A stretch of DNA of 64,000 bases, taken from NCBI GenBank assembly GCA_012295275.1, contig CM022666.1:7564001-7628000 (forward strand). Reading direction: 5' to 3'. This DNA comes from Chrysomallon squamiferum. Taxonomy: Eukaryota > Animalia > Mollusca. A model generated the notes under the pieces. That model worked only from the letters and a program-made list of their open reading frames with translations. It had not been told where the DNA came from and searched no databases. Positions 1 to 26,081 of the stretch are shown piece by piece (positions within the stretch are counted from its first letter, which is position 1; each line of letters begins with the position of its first letter). The translations under genes and the position numbers were made by a program.

Positions 1-431
1 ATTTATTTTTTAAACTCTTTAAAATCATCAGCAAGCCCTCTTCTGTGTGTAGTAAAGAACAAATAAAAAGTTTCTAGTTGCCTATTAACATTTGGTTAGT
101 GGAAATTTCCGTTTGTTTCTTTTGTTTCTTTTTTTTAAAAATATTATTAAAAATGTAATTTTTAACAATTTAACTGATTCACAGCTGTTACTCAAACTCT
201 CAGCAGCAAATTATGGGCTGAATCGATCGACTGTTACTCTTTTTAAATGGTGTTAAACAAATATTTATTAATTTACATAAGAAAATAAATAAATAAATTA
301 ATTAATTTGAATAAAAAAATAAATAAATAAAATAAAAATAATTAATTAATTAACTTGAATAAAAATAATAAAAATAATATTTCCAGTTACAAGAATTGAT
401 CCTAGGTCTTACAAATTATAAATAGGAATAC

Positions 432-3400
432 CTTCAATTTCAACACGTCCATTTTGATTCTTGTGATTACTGATGTCTATGCTCTCATATTCTTCAATGC
501 TTTCCATTTCATCTTCCACAACTGAAACTGGTTCTGTTTTGACTGGAACTGGAACTGGTTTTGGTTTTGGTTTTGGTTTTGGTTTGTTTAAGCTGTTTGT
601 GAAGGAAGGTTTTTCTATAGGATATTTGTCTATGTATTCCAGCTCTCGTTTGATTGTTTTTTCTTTCTCCATCTTTGTAGGTATTGGCATGACATTAAAT
701 GGGTTGTATGCAGATCTGAAAAACAAAAAAATAAATAAATTGAAAAAAATAATAGACAAATAGACTGATAGAAAGACAGAAGGACATGCAGACAGAGACA
801 GACACACACAAATATGATGGCTGGACAGACATCCAAACAAAGTGAAAATTTGAGATAAATAAAAAGTAATTTATTTGATAAAATAACTAAAAACATAAAA
901 TAATAAATAAAAATAACCTATGACCAAATGAGTTATAATTAATACTGAACTAGAATTCAGAGAGGCACTATTTTAATTAATGGTAAAAATTTTTAAAAAT
1001 AAAAATTGAAAAACATTAAAAACTAATCTGTGTTAAATTTCTTTATTAACTTTTTATTTTAACTTAATATTAATAACACTTCTACATTTAAACTCCAAAC
1101 AAACAAAACAAATAAATATTCTGTCAAGTTTAAAATATATAAAATTATTGTCGAACCTGTCAGGTTTTGATCTGTTCATTTTACTGGCAGCTGCCTTTGA
1201 TGAGGCTGAACCGCGACGTAATTCTTGCATGAGATCTCCTAGAATGTCATCATCTGCTACAGAGACCACTTTCTGTAAATAAATAAAATAAAAACATTTC
1301 TTCTTATTAAGATATGATTATCAAAAACGTCCCAATACTGCTTAATAGTTAGTTGTCAGTAATATAAATAACAATACTATTGTAATCCGTTTCTTTTGGT
1401 AAAATAAGTTACAATAATTAAACATTACTTCTTATTTAAATATACTTAATACTTATCAGTAATGATACAGTGCTGTATAGTAACAGAACTAACAATCTGT
1501 TTTTCTCGATAAAATAACAATAATTTAAAATAAATATTTCTTCCTAGATAAATATACTTGTTACTTATCAATATTAGAAGTAACAATATTATTTTAATCT
1601 GTTTCTCCTGATAAAATAACAATTATTTACCATAAATAAATTTTTCTTTCTGTATAAATATACTCATTACTTACCAATAATAGAAATAACAATATTATTT
1701 TAATGTTTCTTTTGATAAAATAACAATAATTCAAAATAAGTAGATATTTCTTCCTATAGTTATTATGTATTGATAAGAGAAATAACAGTGTTATTTTAAT
1801 CTGTTTCTTTTGATAAAATAACAATAATTTACAATAAATTAATATTTCTTCCTGCATAAATGTACTGATTACTTATCAATTATTTAGAAATATAATATTT
1901 TAACAATAACTTACAGTAAATAAATATATATATTAATATATTTCTTTTTACTTTTGTCAGTAACAGGATATGACTGGGTTTTTTTTTGGGGGGGTTGTAC
2001 CTTTGTTCTTACCTTAGGTTTTTTGTTCACACCAAATGAAGATGCAGCAAACATAGACTTTATGTCTTGTTTTGGCTTCGTTCCTGGTTTTACAATGTTC
2101 TTGTTCTTTTTTTTCTTCTCTCTTCTTTCAACTGAGAAAAATGTATTTGTTATCATTTTAATTTTTTTAAATAATAATTTCATTCTCTGACTAAATTTCC
2201 TTTAGATTTTAGAGATAATCTGTTCTTAAAAAAAATTTAAAAAAAAAAAATTAAACAAAAAATTAAACAAATATTTATATAAAATTGGATATCCTGTCAA
2301 AAATATTTGATTACTGATAATAATTTCATATAAGTACCAAAGAAAAAAAAACAACACATCTAAAAATATTTTCTTGTTGGGGTAAATAAAAGAGTACCAC
2401 AAAGGGAGTTAACTCTCAATCTTACCCTCTGTATTACTAGTTTCATCACCCACCAGATCGTCATCAAATATTTCTCTTCCATCTTCAACATATCCCGACC
2501 CATCTGAGTGAGAGAAACAAATTATTTTTAGTTTAATTTAAAATTTAAAATGATGAATAGTAACTAAAATACTGACTGAAAATATAATTTTACAAATTCA
2601 TCATTCCAGTTATGAACACAGATAATAATAATAACTATGGTTCCATTATTTTTTTAAATTACAGCAAGTTTCATTAAAAAAAAAAATTCTAATTGAAAGT
2701 ATACAAAATATATATCTGTAGATTATTTATTCACACTACAATAGCTATGTTTTAATAAATAAAATAAATTAACGATTTGAAAAGAATATTTTAAATATAT
2801 TATTATCCAGAAATAATATTTTCCAAACAACAGATACAAACCATCGTCAACAATCCAGTCATCTTCCTGCCGCTGGCGAACCAGCTCAGAATATTTAGCT
2901 TCATCAACAACTTCGTAGACATCTTTCTCCTCCTCAACCTGAAATTTCAAAATGAATTTTAAAGTTATTATTTACCGAGTTAAGAGTACAAGTAAATTTG
3001 TGTAAGGTGTCAAAATTGCATTTTCTAAATACTGCTACATAAACAGAATCTAAATTGTATTTTTATGTTTTTCTTCTTCTGACATAATTAATGTAGCTTT
3101 CAGAAATGTACATTTTAGTGTGCAGAAAATATAATAAATTATAGAAATAACTATAACTTTATAAAAAAAAATTTTAATAAAGTTTATTATTTATTATTTT
3201 AGAAGCGATATCACTTTGTTATGTATATTTTTTAATAGTTTATAGCTTGAACCATGAAAAATAATTATAGACATGTTTATGTTAAAATAAAATAAAATTT
3301 ATGTCCTTTTATTTTGTATTCTGAATGAAAATAAATTTCAGGCCTATATGGGTTTATTTTAAATTCATATTATATAAAATTATCAATTTACAAAATATTT

Positions 3401-3542
3401 ATTTTTCTCTCCTCTCTCTTTTGTTTTTTTTAGTCGTTCAAATGCTGCCAATCTGCCTGTCTTGTCTATCTTCTGTCTTTTTGACCGAGGCCTAATTTGA
3501 CAATCTATAAAACAAAAACACAAACAAATAAATAAAAATAAA

Positions 3543-3598
<56 letters not shown>

Positions 3599-3669
3599 TT
3601 CTTAATCGAGCACCCAAAAAATAACGAGTCATATTTTCCATCTTTTTTAAATGAAATTTCAGCACTCTA

Positions 3670-3716
<47 letters not shown>

Positions 3717-4783
3717 GAATGAATCAAATAGATTATTTATTTTATTTAAACAGTATATCAACAATTTGACTATGAAAATTAAGAAATATTTTCAGTTTAC
3801 AGATTATTCTTTTAAGTTTAATAATAAACTTTCAGCAGATCAGCTTAAAACAATGCTGATATTACTAATCGTTTACATGTGACATACATCAATTATAACA
3901 CAAAATTATTTATCAAATTTTACATTATATATCATTATACATGATCAACATTAATGCAGTATTTAGTATGCTATTATTTTGTAATATTCATAACAATATT
4001 AACATTGTAATAATCATGGAAAAAGATAAATTAAAAACCACAGTCATATGATATACTGCCAAATCTGTTTTTACTCAGGCTTAATAATAATAGTAATATT
4101 AACATGAGGAAAATAACTGATACTGGCTCACATGTTTACAAGTGTGTGTTTTTAAACAGTATTCTAATTTCTGCTATACTGATTATAATCACTTAGCATT
4201 TTAAAAATTATATGGCTATAGATAGTCCGATAGATAGATGAAAAAATATAATTGTAGTATATGATCGATGTAGATGATTTAGAAAACTTGCCGATATGTC
4301 ATCTAAAATTCAATTTAAAAAAAAAAGAAGTAAATTTGACGTCTTTATTAACAATAAAAAAAAAAAAAAAAAGAAGAAAAAAAGACTAACAGTTACTGAG
4401 TTAGTAACACTTTAACAGTTACAGTGCTAAAGAAACCTGCTGGGTTTTTTCTCTTTCCTTAAGGACGTCTGCTGTTATCATATAAGTATACGACCATATT
4501 AATATTTATTAAGTATATAAACTACAATTTTATCCAAATTACTTTTATTTTATATGATAATCAATAACCAATAAAATCGATAATTGGACAATCAGCTGCG
4601 CAACATATTGAAATTTAATAACAAGTTTATTAATCTGTTTCTTTTTGGAAAAATACTGGTAAAATAACAATAATTTACAATACGCTGTTAACAATAATTA
4701 ATCGTGTATTGGTTACATCAATATTAGTATTTCGCACCTTGATCTTCGTTTGTTTTATCATTATCTAATTCAGGTGGCGCCAT
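432..4783 (-). CDS. POLA1: DNA polymerase alpha catalytic subunit, 5' part (7 exons; gene continues beyond left edge)
   Basis: GT-AG exons with consistent phases: 4738-4783, 3392-3504, 2842-2938, 2426-2503, 2013-2131, 1157-1272, 432-715. Translation [10 protein letters not shown]...[80 protein letters not shown]...QDIKSMF...[12 protein letters not shown] matches the conserved POLA1 N-terminus ([21 protein letters not shown]). Confidence 0.95.
1300..1920. repeat. Degenerate ~100-110 bp tandem repeat (5-6 copies) in POLA1 intron 5
   Basis: Core aatctgtttc(t/c)nntgataaaataacaataattt recurs near 1384, 1494, 1596, 1701 and 1798. A related single unit lies at about 4632-4729 in intron 1. Confidence 0.8.
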
Positions 4784-4816
4784 TTTCCCGCAAATTTCTT
4801 TATTTATGTTTGGCGC
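4775..4816 (-). promoter_or_regulatory. E2F sites (and YY1-like motif) at the POLA1 start
   Basis: TTTCCCGC at 4784-4791 and TTTGGCGC at 4809-4816 both fit the E2F consensus TTTSSCGC. AAAATGGCG (YY1-like) overlaps the ATG. These GC/CpG motifs are rare in this AT-rich background and are expected for a replication gene. Confidence 0.75.
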
Positions 4817-5434
4817 TATAAAGGGAGGCAACTCTAATATGTTTCATTAAATTTTGTTATTATTTCGTAATTTATTCATCCTCCCTATAACTTTGTCCTC
4901 GTTTACAGAAATGATATTAAAACAGACTTAAATATAGCTGCATTCAAAAATTCTTCTTCTTCTTTTTATTATAGTTATTATTAGCAGTATTTCAACTTAG
5001 TTTCAAATAAAAATAAAATAATAATTTTAAAAAAAAAATGACCAAAGCTTCTCAGATTCATTTAATTTTTAAAAACTCAGGCAAAAGCAATAAAACTGTT
5101 GGAATGGAATAAAACCTTCAAGATAACGCATTTGATTGTATATATTGGGATTTATCAGTTCCACATCATTGTTAAATATGTTATGACAATTCAGGCATTC
5201 ATTAAAATTTAGATCGAACGTGCCATCTGGAGGAAATTATAAAAATATGGTTCACAGATATGAATATAAAATGTTCTTGTTTTCGTTGAACATCGATCTT
5301 CGAAAAGGAGTTAATGTATGCAGTAACACAGACCAATGCATAGGCATGTATATGTAAAAGTTTGTAAAACATTATTTTATCTCTCTCTCCTTACTACATT
5401 ATACATACATACATACATACATACATACATTCAT

Positions 5435-5465
<31 letters not shown>

Positions 5466-5759
5466 TACATACATACATATATATATACAGTTAACATGTT
5501 TTTTCTTTAATCGTTATCTTCCACAATAGAAAACGGTTAAATGTGAGTGCTGCCAAAATTGTAAGGAAATAATTAATGACAAACATCGTGTTATATCTAA
5601 GTTAGCGAGACTACCATGAACCGTCTGCTGATATAAACTGTTGCCTTTCATATTTCTTGAATAAATATTATTTCCGAATAATAAAATAATAATACAGTTC
5701 TAAACATTAACAATAACGTTGTAATTAGGAGACATTTAAACGTAATTATTCGAGAAAAT

Positions 5760-6747
5760 GCCCTTATTTAAACACAAACCGATGACGTAGTTCACATGTA
5801 CACATGTCACCTTTATCGATTTTGAGAACACGTCCGTTTTTATTTTATGAATCACAGCTGATATATTTGTGTAAGTATTATTGTTTGAAAATTTACATTT
5901 TAATCAAAAAGTGTTTAATTACCACCTTACATATATTTAACTATATACAGGGTTTTTTTTAGAATTTTAAGAGGTGGATAATGGATGCAAAATTGTTGCC
6001 TGGAATCTTCAATCTGTATCTCGCCTTCTCGGATTAACAAATGAAATGTAATAAATTACATAATGATTATTTCATTATTTGTTATTTGTGATCAAATTCA
6101 CATGGTCGAAATATTTTAAGAATATAAACAGCAGTGACTTTTATAATAATATTTAGAAACAAATTTAAAAGCACCATTTTATCTTCTTTTTTTTTTTTTT
6201 TTTTTTTACGCGAAATAAATAAGCACGTGATAATTAATAAGTGGAAAAAATAGAATAGATAATGTAACTGTATATCACTGTATGTGAGTGGCCAGCATGA
6301 AAACAACTATTTAAAGTTATGTACCTTTTTGTAGTTTTATTAATGTTACTTTTGTTATTAAATCAAACATTTTTCTTAATGAAAGACAAATAAACAAAGA
6401 AAAACAAAAATAAACATCATAACATGTATTGTCATAATTAGTCTTTTTTTTAAATTAATTTTTATGTACATTTTAAAAATCTGATCAAAATTAAAATATA
6501 TATACATGTAAGAAATGGAACTGAATAAAGTTATTTTAGATTTTTATGTTAGCTTCTATTCAGTTTTTATTATTATTATTACTACTACTACTTCATCTAC
6601 TACTACTACTACTGCTACTACATATTTTATTTTATCCTTATTGAGATCCATGTATGTCAAATTTAAATAAAACATTTTACATCTTTTGTTTTATTTGCAG
6701 TTCGTTTCAGTAGTTTGATGTTTTAACTTTCAGAATGATTTTGAAAA
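5760..6747 (+). other. Putative distal non-coding 5' exons of PCYT1 (ending at 5870; 6701-6747)
   Basis: CpG-enriched patch at about 5740-5840 followed by donor gt|GTAAGT at 5871; acceptor ttttatttgcag at 6700 and donor aaaa|GTAAGG at 6748. Splice-signal evidence only. Confidence 0.4.
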
Positions 6748-9549
6748 GTAAGGAATATTACAAAATTGCTTTGCTTCAAATTAGGGTGTGGGATTCTAAA
6801 TATATTATCCAGTAGGGTATTCAACATTTGGTGCATAGTATATTTTGTTTATATTTTATAACTTTTCCAAACATGCTTTTCTTTACATATAATAACTTGA
6901 TGTGCAAGTACAAACCTACACGAGGAAACTGTGTGGTTGGGCACTGTGTAATACAGTATACTTTGATCAATTAAATCAGAATTTGAATCAGAAAAATAGT
7001 TATTTATAAATATATAGAAGCACGATTTTATCATTTTTATTTTTTAAATATATATTTTTTGTGAAATATATATATATGTATTTTAAATAATATAATATTA
7101 TCATTTATAGTTAATTTTTAAAATTATTATATATATATATAATGAAATAAATATAAAAAATATATATTATTATTATTACTGTTTTATTTTATTATTTTTT
7201 TATTTTATTTTACTCATTTGTACTTTTAGATAGGTACTTACTTGGAATGAACAGTTAGATAAACAGTCTGATTTGCTTTTTTTTTCTTTCTATAATTCCA
7301 AATATGTTGCAGCGTTTTACTGAAAAACATAATAATAATACTGAAATGAATAATTATTATTTTATCATCTACTAATGCTAAAGTGTGGCATATAACATTG
7401 CAAACCTGAAATTATGTGCAAAAATTTGAAATGTCAGTATGACCACATATAGCTGAAAAGCCTTTGTGGCATTTTATTATTTTTATTATTATTATTATTT
7501 TATTTTTTTTACATTTTATTATTATTATTTTTGTTTATTAATTTATTTTATTTTGTTTGTATATTTTATTATTTTTTGGTAATATTTGTTTACAGTTATT
7601 ATGAAAAATTATTTGAATACTTATGAATATTTATTTATTTCTATTGTTATTTTTTTTTTTTTTCCCCTCTTTCTGAATCATATTATTACTGGGGTGGGTT
7701 TAGTTGGCTTTGTTGGTTTAATTTTGGTTTGTGTAGAACAGTTTCATGTATATGCCTAACGGTTTGGGTTTAACATTATTTTTAATTTGAATTTTGTTTG
7801 ATGTAACCTTCGTGAATATATATTATCATGAATATAACCAGTTAGCTGTTTCTGTAACCGTTCTAACAATAATTATAAATAAAAAATGTGTTAATAATAT
7901 GTAACATCAATAAGAAAAATGAAGAATGCTATGAATATATTTACTATTTTAATTCTAGAAAAAAGGAATAAAAGGATAAAATTGAAATATGTATTTCATC
8001 CACATAATATTAATTAAAATGTTACTTTTATTTTAAATATACCTGCAATAAAATTTCCCATATTTCATTCACATATTTGTAACTGTAAGTAAAACTTTAG
8101 ATTTAGATTACATATGAGAATAATTAATTTTTTTTTCCATTGTAATTTGTATAGATATAATTATTTAGGTACAGCATTACATTTGCCATATACCTAGAAT
8201 AAGATAGTAATTTTTATTTAAAATTGACGATGAGTGAAGGATAAGAACAACTGCAAATTAATTATTTTTATTCACTCCATAGAGATTTCAGTGATTCATT
8301 GAAGTACCAATTTATAAAGACAGATAGATAGATAGATAGATAGGTAGTTAGATAATTATAAATATATAGATATAAATACACATGGAGAGAGAGAGAGATT
8401 TATTACATGTAAAAAATAGCTACTCTTTATAGTTGCTTGTATTCATTATTTGACTGTTATATGTCTTAGTTTTCTAACCATTGTGTAAAAAAATAATATC
8501 ATTTTCAGATTTTTTAGATGCTTAGTAATTCAGAAAATATAAACTGTAACCTTATAAAAATTAATAACAGAATCTCATCATTGTTGTTTGATACATAAAT
8601 GAGTTATATGATTCAGAATCAGAATGGAATAGATGAAGTTCAGTTTCTTTTTTTTTTTTTTTTTTTTGGCATGTATTTACCCGACTGAAGCCATTTTGTT
8701 ATTTTCTATGCATTGTGTAAAATATAATAATGAATTAGTAAATTTTGCTTTTGTAATTGTGCAGGTGGTTTGAAATATATTGTGTAGATGGTAAAATAAT
8801 GCACAAAAAACCCCCTTCCTAACTTGAAAAATGTAAGAAATAGTTGTGAAGTGTTTCTTCAGTGTTTTGTAGAAATAGTTCTGGATATTTTTGTAGACCT
8901 GTAGTGGAAAATGGTCACATGTTTTGAAAAGTGTCTTCTACAGTTTTATACACTTTTTAACAACATTTAGGAATTGAATTTCTTTCCTATTTATATGTAA
9001 GCATTTCTACTGTTAAATATATTTTACACAAACAACTTGTATGGACCATTTATGGTTAATTTTGTTGGTTTTAAAAAAATAATAATAATAAAAAGAAGAA
9101 GAAGAAAAAGAAAAACATAAATATAAAATAGAATGAGTTGAAGCATTTTTATGGCTTTTTTCAGTAATTTGAGACATATTTTAATTCACGTCTTTTTAAC
9201 ACACAGAATAAAATGAAATAAAAAAAAATTTCTGTAACTTAAAACCAAAGGCAAAAGGGGAAAATAAATTATTTACACAATATTATTATTCTCTGAAGAT
9301 GAAAAAAAGGGAAATTTCGTTAAGAAAAGTACAAAAGACTATTTTACATATATTAAATGAAATAAAAAATTAAAAATACCAAAAAAACAACAAACAATCA
9401 CCATTAAAAATAAAAAAAATGTAAAATACACAGAATGACAGTTTTTATTTTAAAAATACATGTCACCTCTCCACTGTTACTCATTGTAGTTTGATCCTTT
9501 TGACATTATCATGAAATACTTTTTCTCATTCTTTAATGTGAGTTTATCA

Positions 9550-9595
9550 GTAAACACAGGAGATGATGCAGTCGCGGGTCAATGAACTTGAGTCA
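9550..9595 (+). promoter_or_regulatory. Composite element: forkhead + nuclear-receptor IR1 + AP-1
   Basis: GTAAACA 9550-9556; GGGTCA-a-TGAACT 9576-9588 (inverted RGKTCA half-sites spaced by 1); TGAGTCA 9589-9595; about 200 bp upstream of the first PCYT1 coding exon. Confidence 0.5.
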
Positions 9596-9785
9596 GTGAG
9601 TATGCGTATGTAACACATGTCTACGTGTGCATGCTGTAAGTAAACGTTCAGGAGACTCGGGACTTTGCCTTCTCTGGATAGAAGTTATTTCTCTGTCTGT
9701 TTTCATCGTCTCAGGACCTCACTGTGCCTTAGTGTGTGTATCAGGAATTGCTGCTTGAACCCCTGCGTGAAAGAACTAATTAATA

Positions 9786-22867
<13,082 letters not shown>

Positions 22868-22943
22868 CCGAGATGAAATAAATAAATAAATAAATTATCT
22901 GTCCACAAGTTTTTATTTTGAAAATAACTGGATATTTTTCCAC

Positions 22944-22985
<42 letters not shown>

Positions 22986-23315
22986 CTATTTTTCATATAT
23001 TCTTGTTGCTGTGATATTTAGAACAGAACTGCAGTGTGTAGGAACAAGATGAAGTGAAGATTTATTAATTTAGTTTATTAGTTGAAAAATATGTAGAAGA
23101 GTTTTTTGTTTGTTTTGTTTTTCAAATTGTTTTCTTGGGGTGGCTTTCTGGGTTTTTTTAACAATTTTACTTTGGCTATTTTTGGTTTTATTTGTAAGGT
23201 TATTATGTTGTTGTTTTTCTCATTTTTCTTATTATTTCCTTATTATTTCCTTATCATTTTTCAAGTTATTATTCTGTTTTTATCTTTTTCTTAGTGTGTA
23301 TTTTTTTTATTTTAA

Positions 23316-23346
<31 letters not shown>

Positions 23347-23358
23347 TTATTATTATTA

Positions 23359-23406
<48 letters not shown>

Positions 23407-23599
23407 ACAGGCGATTATTCTGTTTTTGCCTCTTTTAATTATTGCAGATTGTTTTTAATAAAATAAAGTGTATTTTGTAACTTTTATACATAATTGTAAA
23501 TTTTTCAATCTGTAATATGAATAGCTCTCTACATGTTCACAATAGTGTGCTTTTACTTAAAACTGAAAACCCTGTAAACAAAACATTTTGAAAGATGTA

Positions 23600-23810
23600 T
23601 CTGTTTCAACTATACATAACTGTATTTCAACTGTCTACATAACTATTTCAACTTTATACATAATTGTATTTCAACTATACATAACTGTATTTCAACTACA
23701 CATAATTGTATTTCAACTGTCTACATAATTGTATTTCGACTATACATAACTGTATTTCAACTGTCTACATAACTGTATTTCAACTTTATACATAACTGTA
23801 TTTCAACACT
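23600..23810. repeat. 21-23 bp minisatellite downstream of the PCYT1 stop codon
   Basis: About 9 copies of (t/tgtc)tatacataactgtatttcaac. Confidence 0.9.
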
Positions 23811-24379
23811 GTGCAATGTGTATGTAATGTAGAAACCATTTTACCTTGTTTTGTATAATATGTACATATTATATCATTTTATTTCTGTCTTGGAATTCTG
23901 TCTTTATCCAAGCCTTTTGAGAAAAAAAAAAAAAATTCATAGTCTTCAGCTTCTGTTGTAAGTTCTCCATATTAATTTGAAATCACAAAAATAATATTAA
24001 AAAAATTATTGTATTTCTGTAGTAGCATTTGTATCCCTGTATGTTACAAATTTTATGAATATATAAAATGTTCCAAAACATTTACAATAAGTATTATATA
24101 CATATTGCACATGTTCTAATAATAATATTTCATACTATCAACTATTCATAATTTTCTTAAATGTATTCTAGATTTTATGTACACATTCTAAATATATGCT
24201 GTTGCAAATTTTCTAATAATATTATTTCACACACTATTATATCAGGTATAATAATAATATAACATACTAACAATTTCCAAAATGTATTCTAAATATTACA
24301 TACTGTAAATTTTCTAATAATGCTTCACACTATCAACAAATGCAGATTTTTCAAAAATGTACACAAGTAAACTCACTGA

Positions 24380-24745
24380 CTGCATTATGTAACATTTTGC
24401 CAAATGATGCCCAAGTTTCCAAACATGTCCAAGGATTTTCAGAGTTACTCCGAACTCTCTGAATTTATTCAAAGCTTTCCAAAGATTTCCCAAGGTTTCT
24501 GAGTCAATTTCAAGGATTTCAGAATTTATTTATAATCTAGTCATATACACTGGCATTGTTTTAAATGAATTCATGGCATTCTCTATATAAACAAGTCTTT
24601 TCAAAAGTATTCCAAGCTTTGTGAGTGTATTCGGTGCTTTCAGAAATTTATTTCAAATTCTTTAATGTGTTCAAAGATTTCCAAAGGTATTCCAAGCTTT
24701 GTGAATTTAGTTGAAGCTTTTCAAATGAATTCCAAAATCTTTAAT
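24380..24745. repeat. Highly degenerate ~21-bp repeat
   Basis: Recurring ttcca(a)ag(g/c)(a/t)ttt...gaatttattc motifs. Confidence 0.5.
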
Positions 24746-25415
24746 ATTTACATAAATTGAAATAATACAAGGTGGATGTTTTTTTTTAAATGATGTAGGT
24801 TTCTATGATAATTCTTTGTATTATTTATTATATTATATTATATTAAATTATATTATATTATATTATATTATATTATATTATTATTTATATTATAATATAT
24901 TGTATTATATTTTATTTTATTATTTTGTATAGATAGGTAGGTAGGTAGGTAGGTAGGTAGGTAGATATTTTTTTTAATTTATTTTATTTTACTTTTATTA
25001 TTTTGTTTAGATAGATAGTTACTTGGACAGACAGATATATATATTTTATTTTTATTCCTTTTACATATTTACTGTTTATTTAATGTTGGTTATTTAGAAA
25101 AACTGACTGTTTTTTTCAGCAGTAGACTAAATTCAATGTTTCTGGCATTATTTGGCAATATATTCTAGTCTGTATGTCTGTTAGTACATGTTTCATTTTT
25201 GAAAGTTAATGTTCAAATTGTTTCCAGGAAGTAAATTCATTGTTTCACTTTAAAAGAAGATAAATGTGAAAAATAGTTTTGTTTTAAAATAATTATTTTA
25301 TATCTACGCAAGTTGGTTCATTCACCAGTTTGAAAATAACATTTTTATATTATGTATGCATACATCTTTCAATCTGTGTGTGTGTGTTTGTTTGTGTGTG
25401 TATGTGTGTGTGTGT

Positions 25416-25469
<54 letters not shown>

Positions 25470-25762
25470 AATGTGTGTGGTTATGTGTGTGTATGGGTTT
25501 GTGTAATGTTGTGTTTTTTAGTTTCTGTTTGTGCATGTTTTTAAAGTGAAAAGCCAATTAGTTATGTATCATCAAGCCTGTTTGGGTTTTTTGATTGTTT
25601 TAAAATTTATGTTGATTTCATGTAACTGTTGTGTTAAGAATCTGTATCTAAGCTGTCATAAAGAGTGGTATTGCATCCAGATTAAATTAAATTGCTGTCA
25701 CTTGATATTTGTTAAGACTTAGAGTGTAGTCTTTGTAAAGGCAGAAACAGAGATAGAGAGAT

Positions 25763-25828
<66 letters not shown>

Positions 25829-26029
25829 GGGGACTGTTGTGAATTTAAATGTGTTTATGTCTTGAGATTAAACTTTAGTTTGTGCAGTGTGTATCCACAT
25901 ATACTTTATTTAATGGGTGGATGGATGTAGCATACCGCTGTATCTAAATTCGAGAGAGAGAGAGAGAGAAAGAGAGGAGAGTGAGTGTGTATAGTTTGCA
26001 TATATGTGAAGAATATGTATGCATATGTT

Positions 26030-26081
<52 letters not shown>

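Noticed and set aside
545-590. (TTTTGG)n run resembling a telomeric repeat
   Set aside because: It is the antisense of a coding [15 protein letters not shown] low-complexity stretch in the disordered POLA1 N-terminus.
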